Assembly: GCF_036365525.1 (NCBI RefSeq)
Contig: NC_090376.1
Location: 131,358,765 to 131,422,764, forward strand
Source: Heterodontus francisci
Taxonomy: Eukaryota
Length of the DNA: 64,000 nt
Direction: 5' to 3'
Part shown: one piece after another, positions 38,050-52,098 of the stretch
How the letters are laid out: the number at the start of each line of letters is the position of its first letter
Position numbering within the stretch: the first letter of the stretch is position 1
Position numbers and translations under genes: made by a program
Notes under the pieces: model-generated
What the model saw: only the letters and a program-made list of their open reading frames with translations
Databases searched by the model: none
What the model was told of the DNA's origin: nothing

Positions 38050-38975
38050 AAGTACTAAGTGAGGTACCCCAAAGATCAGTGTTGGGACCACTGCTGTTTT
38101 AATTGATATCAAAGACTTGGCTAGTGGAATTGGTGCTTACTAATTACAAAATGAGTTGGACAAACAAAGAGAGACAGAATAATCGTAGATTAAATATTGT
38201 GCAAACATGTGTAAAGTACTGAACAGTGGACAGAATAAATGGGCAACATACAATCTATAAATAGTGTTGAAACAGCAGAGGACAAAGTTGGAGACAACCT
38301 GGAAGTCTGAGTAGACTTGATGCTTAACTTATCCAACTAATAAAGGGCAGAAATCAACAAAGCCTGTAGAGCATGGAACTATAAACCAGAAGCAGTCGAA
38401 TACAATTCAGAGGCGGTCATAATCAAACCATACTTTGGAATAATGCATCCACTTCTGGTTACACAAACACAAGTGAAACAATCAAGCATTAGAAGCATTG
38501 CAAAGAAGAGCCATGAGGTTGATCCCTACAGTTGGAGGTCTAAGTTATTAGAAAACTTGGGGATTTCAGCTTTAAAAGGATTTGTCAGAGAGGTGGCCTT
38601 ATATATAAGACAGTCATAGAATCATAGAATGGTTACAGCACAGAGGGAGGCCATTTGGCCAGTCATGTTCATGCTGGCTCTCTGCAAGAGCAACTCACCT
38701 AGTCTCACTTCCCGGCCTTTTCCTCGTAGCTCTGCAAATATTCTCTCTTCAGATAATTATTCAATTCTCTTTTGAACGCTCCAACTGAATCTGCCACCAC
38801 CACACACTCAGGTAGTGCATTCCAGATATTAACCATTCGCCGCATAAAAAAAAGCTTTTTATTCAATGTCATTTTTGCTTCTTTTGCCAATCACCTTAAA
38901 TCGGTATCCTCTGGTTCTGGATCCTTCGGCCAATGGGAACAGTTTGTTCTACTCTAGCCAGACCCTCATGATTTG
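38050..38975. mobile_element. CR1 fragments: old plus-strand copy (~38050-38610) and younger minus-strand 3' end (~38615-38975)
   Basis: GAGGTACCCCAAAGATCAGTGTTGGGACC (VPQ.SVLGP) and FF.RRMVNIWNALPECVV; tail CATAGAATCATAGAA. Confidence 0.7.
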
Positions 38976-41900
38976 AGTCAATGGTATGTAAAAGGTAAAA
39001 TTACATTAAATTGCATGAGCAGGAAACTGAAAAGGCCACAGGTTCAATATAGCAAAAAGCATATTTAGGAAAATCTTCCACACAAAAGATCAATGGACAC
39101 CGTGCCCAAATTGGGTGTCACATTTCCGACAACACTTGACTACAATTCAAAAGTACTTCACTGGCTGTAAAGCATTTTGGGACATCCTGGTTGTGAAAGG
39201 CGCTAAATAAATGCAAGCTTTTTCTTTAACAGCACAAGTCAATTAAATGGATAATAAAATACAGTATATTCCAAACTCAGTGCACCTTCATCCAGAATCA
39301 TAGGTGGTGAACGTGGCAGTGGTTGTTCTAAATCTTTCATAATTTCATAATCAAATTACTAAAATTAAATACAAATGTTATATTTTTAAAGCAATCAGAG
39401 ATTCTGAAATGCCTAGGCAAGTGGTAATAGATATGGTCATCCTCAACAGCAGCTTGCTTTCACCTTTCATAGTAGCAGTGACTCATGTGCAACAAATGCG
39501 CTATTCTTCATTTCACTTCGCTTACTAAAATTCTGGGGGGGTGGTGGTGGTGGGCACTTGTTGGATTGTGCATGTTCTTTTCATTGGTTCTATATAGGTT
39601 ACTGAATCACAATATAGAACAGATTAGTGACTGCAGTGCTCGAACCATTGGTTCTTTTAGCACTATGCTGCTAGTGATTATCATCCTTTTGGTTGCCTCC
39701 AGCCTAGTCAATACTGGGCAGCCAAAGCTTACATGCAAACTCGAGGGGAGAACTTCCCAAGGATGGCGCTAACACAATCCTTCACCTAATCAGATATTAT
39801 TTTTCAGAATTCATCATTTGTTTTATGACTTGGATTAAAAAGTTTTGTCTGCATTTTCTACTTTCCTACTCTTTCTAGTCAGGCATAGCATAAATGTAGG
39901 ACTTGCCCAGATTTAAACATTATTTTGGTTGCACTGGCACCTGTACCAATTTTAGATGATGGTGCGTTAGCAATCAGAAGTGATGCTTAGCTCGTGAGAA
40001 TAAGTTCAAATTGTTGAGCATCTTGGTCATTCACTGTGGTTAGCATAACTCAATGCACTGCTCAGATTTAATCTGTAGGCTACTACATATTCACACAGCA
40101 CTGCCACAATCCAACCATTCAAAATAAAGTACACTCTGTTGGCCTCATGAGGAGATAAAACCGAGTTTAAAATCTCTAAAGACATTAAGACAAATCAGGC
40201 AAATATGCCCCGATGTTTAACGGTTGGCTGGCTACAGTTGAAATGTGAGCTTCATTTTCACAACAGTTTGTAACACTATACAAATACCTTGGTGGTTCAC
40301 TCTGCATCTAGTTAAATGAGAAAAGGAAACCATTTATTTCCTCCACTAATATTAGGTCACTGTACTTGGTAATGTTCATTTTTGGATGCAAGACACCATC
40401 ATATTCATCACAGCAACGAAACCTCTACATTTACAGATTCAAATTGGTAAAAATAAGTACGGGTTACAATATTGAGGGACAATATCGAACGTACTACTTT
40501 TGAACTGGTTTACTTGCTTCATTTATATTAAGTAAACTAAATTGATTCAGGTATTTTCCCTTCACTTCTATAAAAGCAGCCGCGTTTTTCATTGGAGATG
40601 CAGAATAACAAGTAATTAAACTTGTACTCTGGCCAGTTCAAGTGGTATCCAATTATTGTAGCCAATAAACCCACTCACTTTTTTTTTTACTTTTAAAAAA
40701 AATTCTTGTTACTTTTTCAATTGGGAATTAATGAGAAAGGGAAAAGCTTTTTTTCTCTCATTACTGTGAATTAAAATGTATTACAGGCAGCAAGTTGGTG
40801 GATATTCATACTGTACACTAGTGTATGAGTGTGGATTGGCTCTGCAACTATAATGGCAACCTTTAAACCACATCAAGTGTGTGGGGACAGAAAGAAACGG
40901 AGTCAAATCACCCCAAGCTGTTCTTTAAATGGTTCCCAGAGCAGAACTGACACGGAACTGAAACATGACTTTGCCATTGTGATCGCCATCCTGTGTTCTG
41001 AGGCAGGAACTGCGAGTTAAAATACAAATAATTTGAAAGGATCTTTTTAAAAAAAATACTCATTTAAACCTAGCTTAATAGCAGCTCCAGGCAGGAATTT
41101 TTAAGGTTATACACATTTGAAAAAAAATGTTAACCTTCAGTGGGACATTGTGAATTTTTGTAATGGTTTAATCTGTCACAAGTGAGAGAAATAAAAGCAA
41201 TAAATTTGATCAATTTTGTTTCAAAATAAAATGCACTGGAACATTGGTACCTTTCAACTTACACACACCAATTAATGTTCTATCATTATGTTTCAAAATT
41301 AGCAACATGAACTATACCACTTGGATTAAGCTAGCGCTGTACTATTAACTCAAATTGTTGCATTTTGAAATGCATTTCAAGTACTTAAATGTATATTATA
41401 TATATGAAAAAAAATGCAGACCCAAGGTGGGAAGAAATGATGACATTTGATGGTCTGCATGTATGCACACACAAGTATCTACAATCATTGTCTCTCAGAT
41501 TGCTCATCTGCTTTATAAGTGGGAAAGTAGATTGATTTTACATCTCTGCCAACAAGATATATTTGTTTATAAGGCAAAATAGTGCAGATGCTGGAAATGT
41601 GAAAAGTCAACAGAAAATGCTGGAACCACTCAGGTCAACTGTAAAGAAACAGAAAAAAAACTCTCCACAGATGCTGCCCAACCTGGAGTATTTCTCAAGC
41701 TATATAATTTTTTTTGGAACAGAATGGGTCTGAGGCAACTTCAGATTCACTTTCCCTCAAACATCCAATTTTGTTATCTACTGCACCCAGATTTCAGAAT
41801 TTATCATTGCTAGGCCTGGACTATAACTACAAGGCGACCAAACCTGATTCACTGACCACTAACAACTGGTGAAACACAATTTAGGCTAGGAGATTCAAGT

Positions 41901-41989
41901 GAGTCGAGTAATCCTGGGATTTAGATGACTGCCGCGTAGCATGACTTAAGTCACTTCTCATTTTGAATCTGTAGGTCTTTTTAAAAAAT

Positions 41990-42300
41990 CATTTATGGGA
42001 TGGGAGTGTCACTGGCAAGGCCAGCATTTATTGCCCATCCCTAATTGCGCTCAAGAAGGTGGTGGCGAGCCACCTTCTTGAACCGCTGCAGTCCATCTGG
42101 TGTACGTACACTCATAGTGCTGTTAGGGAGGGAGTTCCAGGATTTTGACCCAGCAATAGGGAAGGAACTGTGATATTGTTCCAAGTCAGGATGGTCTGTG
42201 ACTTGGAGGGATATTAGCAAGAGGTGGTGTTCCATGTGCCTGCTGCCCTTGCCCTTCTAGCTGGTCGGAGGCTGTGGGTTTTGAAGGTGCTGTTGAAGGT
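41990..42300 (-). mobile_element. LINE 3' tail
   Basis: AGSKSWNSLPNS...LQRFKKVARHHLL; the same tail ends the SINEs at 47268-47680 and 51205-51460. Confidence 0.7.
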
Positions 42301-43886
42301 TACATGGATGTGGTGTAGAGGTGCGAGAACATTAATGCTGAATTCTGAAGAGATGTTACCACCCTTGTGCAAGCCTCCCTCCTCAACTGGATTGGAGACA
42401 GATTTGTATGAGCATTAAAATACAACTCAGGTATATGGCTAAGTGTGAAAGTAAGCCCGGAAAGAAGACTGCCTATAAGATACATAGCACAAAACGTACT
42501 AGGTTAGTTATAAACACAAACACAAAACAATGCAATAATCTCCTCAAACAAAACACAAGAAATCCTCCCAAGTAATTGCAATGTAGGATTCAAAGCAAAA
42601 TGGTGCACATGTAGACTCAAAGTGCAATGGATGATGCAGGTACAGCAAAAAGAAATATACAATCTCCAAAGACAGGCAATAGATTTGAAACAAACTTTGT
42701 CACCAGATGGATACTGGCTCAGCAGACACATCAACTGGTTGCCAAGTATAAGGAAGTAGTAATACTGACAGTAGCACCTCATTTGACAACATAGCTAGAG
42801 GAAGACAAAGCCCTGGGTGCTCCACATAACCACATACAGACATAAAGTAGAACTAGAATTACATAATAGCCTGTAAATTGTAAATATAATATTCAGCAAT
42901 GGATAGAAAGAGGCACAGGCCAGGGATGGAGGTTATAGATCAGGCAAATCCGGTCCTTCTACGATCAAGAAAGGATAAACAAGTTGGAGAAACTGGTGAC
43001 TTTGCAACAATGCTATTAAGGAGCAGGATTAATATGGGCCAAAACAATAACCAAGGCAGTCCAAAAGAGGGAGTTGGTGTACAACTTATGATCAAAGCTA
43101 AGCAGATAGTTTTATTTTCAACTACATTTTATATATTAGAAGTCTAAATCCCCCTGATCTCATCATCACAGGTACACCAGCATTTACTTCATCTGCAGTA
43201 GTTTCCAAAAACTGAATGTAAGACAGAAAAAATATTTGATTTTTCCATCCAGCGCATGAGCAAAGCAGCCTTTCTGAATTGTGTTTGATTAAACAGGACA
43301 TCCATAGTCAGCAAAGCCTTTCATGCTCGTCATTCGAATCCACTTGCTTCAACCTGCCATGAACATCAACGAGCGTTAAACTGCAGCATTGATTGTTTCC
43401 TACAATAGCAGATATTTCCCCACTGCAACTTACAGCAGCATATCCAGGGAAACACAGAATGTGGCAACAGTATCCTGAGATCGGAAACCACATTCAAGTC
43501 ACGTGTAATTGGCTCGCTTTTGTTATCAGAACATCTACTTCGATTTGCTTTAGCTGACTACTGGATGGCATGACTCAAGTCACTGCTCAGTTTGAATTTG
43601 TAAGTTACACATGGACGTGGCGGAGAGGTGAGAAAACTAGCGTTCAATTGTGACCGATGCTTCCTCCAGTGTGCAGGCAACCCTCAACAATAGGACTGGA
43701 GACTGATCTGTATGAATACTGAAATACAACTCAGTACATGGCTGTAGGTGTGAAATTAAATCGGAAAAGAAAACTGCCTATAAGACCCATTTCTTTTTCT
43801 AAGGTTGAAGTCTCACTCGATCAAAAAAATTATCTCCCCAAGCCCCAACGCCCCCACCTTTTCTAAACACCTAGCTAGGTGCAAAC

Positions 43887-44813
43887 TGTCACAATAAACC
43901 CTACACATTGTTTTGACCACGGCGGGAGCAACGCACTGTCAATTCAGTCCCATCACTCCGCAGGTCGCAGCATATTATTAAGCTTTCACACCCAATTGGA
44001 AAACAGCCAAATTAAACGCACTAGTAACCCCAGAATGAGACAGATCAAACAAGGTATCTTTAGACAGCAAATTAACTATTTATTTTAAAAAACCTAAATA
44101 CTAAACACTATCAAGATAAACCTATGTCTAAAGAACTTATAACTTCAAATTTGAATCTAACATCCGCCCCCCCAAATCACACACATACACTCAAAAAACA
44201 GTAATTAACTGGTTTTTATATGTGGAATTTTTAAAATTAGCTGTCTCTTAAGAATAAATAAAATAATAAAGTCTTTGCAGGTTACGGTCCTGATAAATGA
44301 GGAATTCTAATGTGAAAATAAGTCAAAGGCCACTTGACGTCTTCACGTGGATCTGATGAAAATAATCCTTCAGTAGATAAGCATTCAACTCTTCGGCTGC
44401 AGCAGGTAGTAAACAGTTCTTTCAGTGATGAGCATGGCAATGCAAAGGGTTTCTTGAAAAAGGCGGCTTTTCTTCTTTACTCAGGGAATTAACTTGGTTT
44501 GTAGCTCCTTGTAGAATTTCTGCTGAGAGAGAATAAAACAGCTCCTTTTCTTCAGTTGGCCTCGCTGGAAAGTCTCCCAGAATTAACTGGTTTCAGATGG
44601 TTTCAGCCAGTTTTACACACAGCCAAGTGGAAAATTACCATGTGACCTCTCTCTCCTGCTGTTGCTCAGGGGTAACAAAAATGCAACTGCTGCATACTGT
44701 GCCTCAGGAATTCCAGAATCTTCTCTCCCTTAAAGGTGCACTATTTTTAAGAATCTTAAAGGTACACACACTGTTTTCAATCCGAGGAGAAAAATAATTA
44801 CAGATCCGTGACA
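43887..44813. mobile_element. Solo-LTR-like element
   Basis: TGTCAC...GTGACA inverted termini, ~930 bp; no clean TSD seen. Confidence 0.6.
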
Positions 44814-45641
44814 ACATATGTACACATGTATACGAGCCATCGATTTAGTCCTTGCAACCCTTGTGTTAATTTTGTCATGTAATAGACATTAGTACGAGGA
44901 ACGGGAGCTCTGCATCACCAACTCAAAATAAGTTCATGAGGGAAGAAATGAGTAGGACGATCTGCTGACAGTTAGTTGAAGTAGGATTGGAGGAGGCTCA
45001 TGTGGAGCATAAGCACTAGCATAGAGCTGTTGGGCTGAATGGCCTGTTTGTGTGTTGTGAATACCTTGTAACGTGTTCCTGCAGATCCCTCACAGCGGTG
45101 AGGAGGAGGAGGAATATAGTGCTGAGGAGAAGGAGAATCTGAGGCCTTCCTTCCCCTTTATCTCAGACGAGGAGGAGGGGAATAACTAGTCTGGGTCTTA
45201 ATATCTCCTATGTGGATCGATGTCTAATTTTGTCTCATTATTTGTCTGTGATGTACCTTGGGTCATTTTATAACATTAAATGTGCGATATAAATGCGTTG
45301 TTGTTGTCATTTGACTGTGTGTATAAAGGCAACGTAGCACTTCATTAAACCTATTCACACACATTTTACAGGGGGGGGTGATGGGGGCGCAGTGGTGTTG
45401 ACAGTGAACTTTGTCAGCGTTCAGTCATTACCCTTCTGAAACTAACCCCAGCTTCAGGATGTCGGGCATGTGCAGATTAACCCAGAAATCCTGAAGTTAT
45501 GGTCTGTCACTCAGTGCTCGGACACAGGCTGTGCTGAGGACACACCCGACCCCACCAACCACCCCTCCCCCCACACCAAGATCTAACAATCAATCAGTGA
45601 GAACTTCAACTTTCCAGCTTCTACATCACCATTTGAAACCT

Positions 45642-46080
45642 GTGTCAGCCATGGCTCAGTAGGTATCATTCGCCTCCGAGTCAGAAATGGGTTCAACTCC
45701 CACTACAAAACTGGAGCACAACAATCTAGGCTTACACTCCTGGTGCAGTACTGAGGGTGTGCTACACTGTCAGAGGGGCTGTCTTTCAGAAGAGACGTTA
45801 AACCGCAGCTCTGTCTGCTCTCCCTGGTGGGCGTAAAAGATCCCATGACACTATTTCTAAGAGGAGCAGGGGTGTTATCCCTGGTGGCCTGGCCAATATT
45901 TACCCCTCAATCAACATCAACAAAGACATTATCTGGTCATTATCACATTGACGTTTGTGGGAGCTTGCTGTGCGCAAATTAGTTGCCACATTCAACAGAA
46001 TCTGCACTTCAAAAGTACTCATTGACTCTAAAGTGCTTTGGGAGGTCTTGAAAGGCGCTATAGAAATGCAAGCCTTTCTT
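45642..46080 (+). mobile_element. Deu-domain SINE, near complete
   Basis: A-box TGGCTCAGTAGG, B-box GGTTCAACTCC, Deu core and tail. Confidence 0.8.
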
Positions 46081-46597
46081 TAACAATCTAAAAATACCTC
46101 ACAGTATGACACTTATGAAACATGGTCTGATTAACTGCAGAGAAAAAGCTCCTCCTTTCTGTCAACTTACTTAATTTCAACATATGATATTGCCATTTCA
46201 ATCATCCTTGTGACTGATCCCTGAATAGAGCTGACAATTTAGTGCAAATTAATGAAGGTTTTTATTGTGTGGACTACTGTCCATCCAGACTCATTTCACG
46301 AGACAGCTGATGCACTGAGACGTTCATCCAAGGCAAGACAGATTCAAATTCATATTGAAGGTAAAACAAGGCTATGAAGCCACTGCCTCTCCTGTAACAT
46401 TTCTACAAATAGACTTGCTTTATTCACTTTTAATGAGCTGCTCTAATATAGTTTTGCAGCATTGCTTTTAAATAAACTTCGCTTTCGCCACCCCCATGTC
46501 ATCCAGATTGCATACGAGGGCGCCACTGAAATTTTTCAGACAATACATGGTAATGTTTCCTGCTCCTCCCCAGAGCACCTTCAATGAAAGTAGCACA

Positions 46598-46603
46598 TTT
46601 ATT
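46598..46603 (-). terminator. Candidate COMMD6 polyadenylation signal AATAAA
   Basis: TTTATT on the plus strand ~175 nt past the stop; alternatives at 46419 and ~46261. Confidence 0.45.
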
Positions 46604-46777
46604 AATATCCAACAATTGGAAAATCATAGGTGGTGAAGGGAATATGTAATGCAAATGTGTATAATCAAAACGGAGTGCAGTCATTTTCTTTTCTCCTGTG
46701 GAACTACCTCCTCCTTCTCTTCTGTGTAATGGAAGCAGAACCAGGGCTTGGAGGGGGTTTCAGGTCAGAAACAAGCT

Positions 46778-46828
46778 TCATACCATTTCAAGGACAGCAG
46801 CCACTTCCCGGAACTGCTTGGAAAAATT
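46778..46828 (-). CDS. COMMD6: COMMD6 exon 7 (last): NFSKQFREVAAVLEMV*
   Basis: cag| acceptor, 51 nt, TGA stop; matches the COMMD6 C-terminus. Confidence 0.93.
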   Translation of the reverse strand, partial: NFSKQFREVAAVLEMV

Positions 46829-47267
46829 CTGTTAAGATACAGAGATATAATTATTTGGTAGGACAGTTCTATACAGGCTCAGGTAAAGTTTCTAGGCCAA
46901 CAAGCTCAGTTTGTCTGGCTCCAATTGAGACGTTGCTGGGAGTCAATTTGTTTGAGCATTTGGTCATTCAGGGAGAGATATCCGCTACTTTTAATATTGA
47001 CAAACTTGTACATAGAATTTACAGCACAAACAGCTCAATTGGCCCAATGTTATTGTCCACACAAGTCTCCTCCCACCCTACTTCAGCTAACCATATAATC
47101 TATTCCTTTCTCCCTCACCTTATCTAGCATCCCTTTAAACTTTCCTCCAACAACTTTCATGCTGCCTCACTTCTTCAACTCTACTAGACCTTGGAAAAAC
47201 CTTGACTTTGGGTCAAATTTCCCACAGTTCACTCTCTTCATTCGCTCAGTTTACTCCTTTATGTTTC

Positions 47268-47680
47268 AGTGGCATGGTCGTTATATTACTAGACTAGTAA
47301 TCCAGAGGCCGAGATGAATAATGTGCTAGACACAAGTTGAAACCCCAACGCAGAAGTTTGTGAGCAAAATTCAGTTAATTAAATAAATATGGAATAAAAA
47401 GCTGGTGTCAATAATGGTGACCATGAAACTATTGGATTATAGTAAAATTTACCCGATTCATTTAATGTCCTTTAGGGAAGGAAATCTGCCATTCTTACCC
47501 GGTCTGACCTACATGTTTTTCCAGGCCCACATCAATGTGGTTGACTCTTAACTGCCCTGAGAAATGACCTAAGCAAGTTACTAAGGCAGCTCACCACCAC
47601 CTTCTCAAGTGCAATTAGGGACAGGCAACACATGCTGGCCAATGCAGCGATGCCCTGATTCTGTGAATGAATAAATTAAA
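47268..47680 (+). mobile_element. tRNA-derived SINE
   Basis: tRNA-like head, core GTCCTTTAGGGAAGGAAATCTGCC, LINE-type tail; partial copy at 51205-51460. Confidence 0.7.
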
Positions 47681-47844
47681 ATGGCGGAACATTAAGGAAC
47701 AAAATGTGTAAGACTTCTGCCTCCTTCAAAACTTCAACTTCTAGCATGACTGAACTCCTGTTTTCTGCTAACCAGAAGAGTAAAGACATGCAGGGGACTC
47801 AATGAGTGCACCTTTTATCTTCTACCCTATTTTATTAAAGTTTA

Positions 47845-48590
47845 CAACAACAACAACAACTTGTATTTATACAGGGTCTTTAACACAATTAAACATCCCA
47901 GGGTACTCCACAGGGGCATTATAAAGTAAATTTGACATCGAACCACTTAAGGCGATATTAGGTCAAATGGCCAATAGCTTGGTCAAAGAGGAAGGTTTTA
48001 AGGAGTGTCTCAAAGGCGGAAAGAGAGGTAGAGAGTGTTAGGGAAGGAATTCCAAAACTTAGGGCCTCGGAATTTGAAGGCACAGCCGCCAATGGTGAAG
48101 CAATTAAATTTGGGGATGCTCAAAAGTCCAGAATTAGAGGGGCGCAGATCTCTTGGAGGGGTGTGGGCTGGAAGGGATCACAGAGATAGGGAGGGGAGAA
48201 GCCATGGAGGGATCTGAAAACAAGGGTGAGAATTTTAAAATCAAGTCGGTGCTTAACTGGGAGGCAATGGAGGTTAGTGAGCACAGGGGTGATGGGTGAA
48301 TAGGGCTTTGTGCGAGTAAGGACACGGGTATCAGTGTTTTAGATGACTTCAAGTTTACAGAGGGTAGAATGTGAGACACCAGCCAGGAGTGCATGGCAAT
48401 AGTCCAGTCTAGGAGGTAGCAAAGGCATGGATGAGAGTTTCAGCAGCTGAGACAGGGGTGATGTTAGAGGTGGAAATAGGTGGCCTTAGTGATGGCACAG
48501 TTATGTGGTCGGAAACTCATCTTGGGGTCAACTATGATATCCAGGTTACAAACAGATTTACAAGAGACTATTTCTTTGCCAGCAAAACGG
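47845..48590 (-). mobile_element. L2 LINE 3' fragment
   Basis: VCNLDIIVDPKMSFRPH...ITKATYFHL; (CAA)n tail at ~47845. Confidence 0.8.
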
Positions 48591-48710
48591 AATCTACTTT
48601 TGCAACATTTTACCAGCATCAGGCTTGACCTCCTTTTCAAAAGGAAAAACAAAAGATCTTTGTGCAATTTGCCCCTTTTTAAAAAGATGAATGAAAGTTG
48701 GGCTACTGAC

Positions 48711-48863
48711 CTGAAACTGCGGGACGGTCATTTCGAATGATCTGCTGATTATTTCTCCTGAGGGGTCAGCTACTTTCAGCATCATGGTTACATAGGGGTG
48801 GTTTAGAGATCTGCAGCTGTCAGAACTGACTGCCATTCCCAGCTTCCACTGCAAGTCCACAAG
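48711..48863 (-). CDS. COMMD6: COMMD6 exon 6 (COMM domain)
   Basis: LVDLQWKLGMAVSSDSCRSLNHPYVTMMLKVADPSGEIISRSFEMTVPQFQ; aag| acceptor, |gtcagt donor, 153 nt, phase 0/0. Confidence 0.96.
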
Positions 48864-49408
48864 CTTGGAGGAAACAAAAAAATAAGCATTACATTTTTAC
48901 AAATAGTCTTTTGCAAGCACCATGGAGTCTTAAATGTATTGAACATCTTGATAAAATGCAATTTAGACTTGGTCTCCTTGTAATAAATGTGACTAATTCA
49001 TGGACGAAATTTTGCTTAGTTGAACCGCCTGCTCTGAGTCTCCTGCTAATACAGCGATACAGTATTTAAAACTAGCCAGACTCAGGAGTAACTATAACAG
49101 ACAATGTTGGAAATACGCAGATTAGTCAGCATCTGTGGAGAGAGATGGCCTTTCATCAGAAATTGAAGAATTTAGAGATTTAATAGCAATTTTGATGTCC
49201 CCCAAAATAACAATGACATGCCTTGCCTTCTACTTCTGGGTCGAACATAGTGGCATCTGCTGCAAACTTCATGAAATGCAAAAACAAAGTATGGTGCAAT
49301 ACACATTTGTAGAAACATCTGTGGCTCAGGCCAAATATGACAAGACAACAGATGCAGATTTATACACATTCAAGCTTTAAAAAGCCTGCACGTACTGGGC
49401 CCTCTCAC

Positions 49409-49577
49409 CTGTCCGACTGTCAACATGTGCTTGGCATCTTCTGGTGTCACAATTAGTTTGCCCTGTTCATTCCACACGTGACGAATAACTTGAAGTGCTT
49501 GCTTGGACCACTTACTGCTGCTATCTGCTAGCTTCACAATGAGGTCTTCAGCTGTCATATTACCCTGTGCAGCTGAC
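49409..49577 (-). CDS. COMMD6: COMMD6 exon 5
   Basis: Pyrimidine tract plus cag|, SAAQGNMTAEDLIVKL...VWNEQGK...MLTVGQ, |gtgaga; 169 nt, phase 2/0 consistent with neighbouring exons. Confidence 0.9.
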
Positions 49578-49794
49578 CTGCCAAGAAAAAGAAGGAAAAT
49601 TGACAGGTGTTGCCTGTGTTCCCTCTGAGCTCATTAGGCATTGTAAAAATTTAAAGACTGGGGTTGGAAAAGGCTATGGCCACTGACTTAAGGATGTTCA
49701 TACTGTACTCGATAATTTACAAAATACGTTAAAAGGTGAACAGCACTTTTCCCTAGTTTTATATGATGGGCATTAATAAAACACAAAAGGAACT

Positions 49795-50030
49795 TCCAGA
49801 GAAACATCTTTACCCAGACAGGGGTTAGAATGTGGAGCTTGCTACCACAGGCAGTAGTTGAGCTGAATAGCATTGATGCATTCAGGGGAAGCTGGATAAG
49901 CACATGAGAAAGGAATAGAGTATATGCTGATGGGGTTAGATGAAGAGGGGGCAAGAGGAGACTTGTGTCAATTATAAACACAGGCATGGTCCTGATGGGC
50001 CGACTGGACTCTTTCTGTGCTGTAAATACT
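49795..50030 (+). mobile_element. CR1 3' end
   Basis: Degenerate FTQ..VRMW.LLP-type sequence and CR1 tail. Confidence 0.65.
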
Positions 50031-52098
50031 TTATGATACTTTTTAAGAAAGAGGTATCAAAGCAGTCTATAAAGTCACATATTACCATGATAAAACACAA
50101 TCACTTTTCATAGATTATTCCTACATAAAGAATCACCTCCTCACAGCTGGTCCCTACCTCTTGCTGTTGCCCATCATTGGTGGGAATTCCCACCCACAGT
50201 ATTCCACAGAAGTAAGCAGGACCTGGAACTGGCATCAGAGCTGGTGGGGGGGACGGGAAAGGAGGGAGAACAATATGCAGTTTCACTAAAGCAGGAGGCA
50301 CCTAGAATTGCAGTAAGGCAGGTGAAAGGAGCCAGAGGTGATGTTACATGCAAGCAGAGTGGACTGAAACAGGTTGTGGGCTACAGACTGAGCTACCATT
50401 GCAGCTATTTCCTACCCAGCTAACTGGACAGATGCTGTAGCTCAAGTCAACGGTTAAAATGGAGACCCGCTTGTCTACATAGCTCAGCTGTGCACTTCAA
50501 ACTTCCCAATAAGCTAGCAATTTTATCAAGTTCTTTACACCAAATCTGTTCAAAGGAACGAGAAACCTGGGGCTCGATCTTGCTGGAGCAGGGCAGCATG
50601 CTCTATTAGTTAGACTTGTTTGTGCGCGCTTTGAAAGTTTTTGGCCACAAAGTTGCTGAAAGTGCGAGGCGAAAATGGCGCAGCGAGGGCAACAGGGCAC
50701 CTTGGCATACAAAGGGACAAATCAACAGCTTTAAAATGAGGGAATGCAGTGGGAGTGGTGCTGCTCCATTCCAACTGTACCCTGCTCCTTTCCTGCCGAA
50801 TGGGGAAGAGTTAAAAGTCCCCTCAATGTTTTATACATTAATTATACTATATGTCAAGTTCGACCTATAAATGCATGCTCATTCAACAGATACTCTGCAA
50901 CAACTGTGTCCAGGCTGTCACACAACAGTAACTCATCACTTCTGTGGCATTGCACTTAAAAGAAGTCAACATGTCTGATAAAATGCCTTTAAAATAAACA
51001 CAGGCATGGTCCTGTTGGGCTGACTGGCCTCTTTCTGGGCCCCTTTATATGGCCCCAATTAATTGCATTACTTTATTTGTCTCCACCCAACGTTTACAAA
51101 CCACCAAATACACATTATTGTTTTCATAATATTAAATTTCATGTTTGAAATTTTAAAGCAAATAATTGATCATTTTTACTTTCACATCTCCAAAACCAAA
51201 AATTAAAAACCCATCTGGTTCAGTAATGTCTTTTAAAGAAGGAAATCTGCCATCCTTATCCGGTCTGGCCTATATGTGCAACTCCAGACCCACAGCAATG
51301 TGGTTGACTATTAACTGCCCTCTGAAATGGCCTAGCAAGCTCCTCAGTTGCATTCAAGAAAGTGGCTCACTACACCTTCTCAAGGACGATTAGGGATGGG
51401 CAACAAATGCTGGCCTTGCCCGTGTCGCCCACATCCCATGAGTGAATATTTAAAATAAAAATCAGTACTGTGTGACAATATTAGAAAATTGCATGGATGT
51501 TCAAAACAGCACTCACTTCTGATCCACATACATTACTGCCTGGGCAATACTAAATGTTGAGCAGGACATTTTGACTTGATTGGATTCAGGTGGCAAAAGC
51601 AAAGTAAAAATCAATTGTAAAGGCATACCACTTCTAAAAAATAAATCGACACATTTTCAAGGGCAATTGGGGATGGGCAATAAATGCTGGCCTTGCCAGC
51701 GATGCCCACACCCCATGAATGAATAAAATAAAAGCTGCAGTATTGCATGTTCAAAAAGGCAAAACTGGGAGGTCTTGAAAAGAAACACTGCAGCTTAGAT
51801 TGGTCAGAAAAAATGTTTTGTTTTCTGCTACTTCGAGGGAGGCAAATACTTTAGTTTGCTTGATCGGAATTTAAAAGTGGTGGCAGAACAGAATCAAATA
51901 GACAAACCTCGCTTTGATCTGGAAACTGTGGTGTGTTACAGCTGATCTTGAGTCAGAGAGGCAGCTTTCAATTACACTCAACGCAAAATGAGCTAGAATT
52001 TTATTTTTCAAATATTGAAACAGCTGTTTCAGTTGTTAACCTTTTTTTCCCCCAAGAATTACAATAACAACTTCTCATTCAACCCAGTGGAATAAGAT

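Noticed and set aside
46630-47127. 165-aa plus-strand ORF
   Set aside because: Antisense to the COMMD6 last exon, non-ATG start, no homology.
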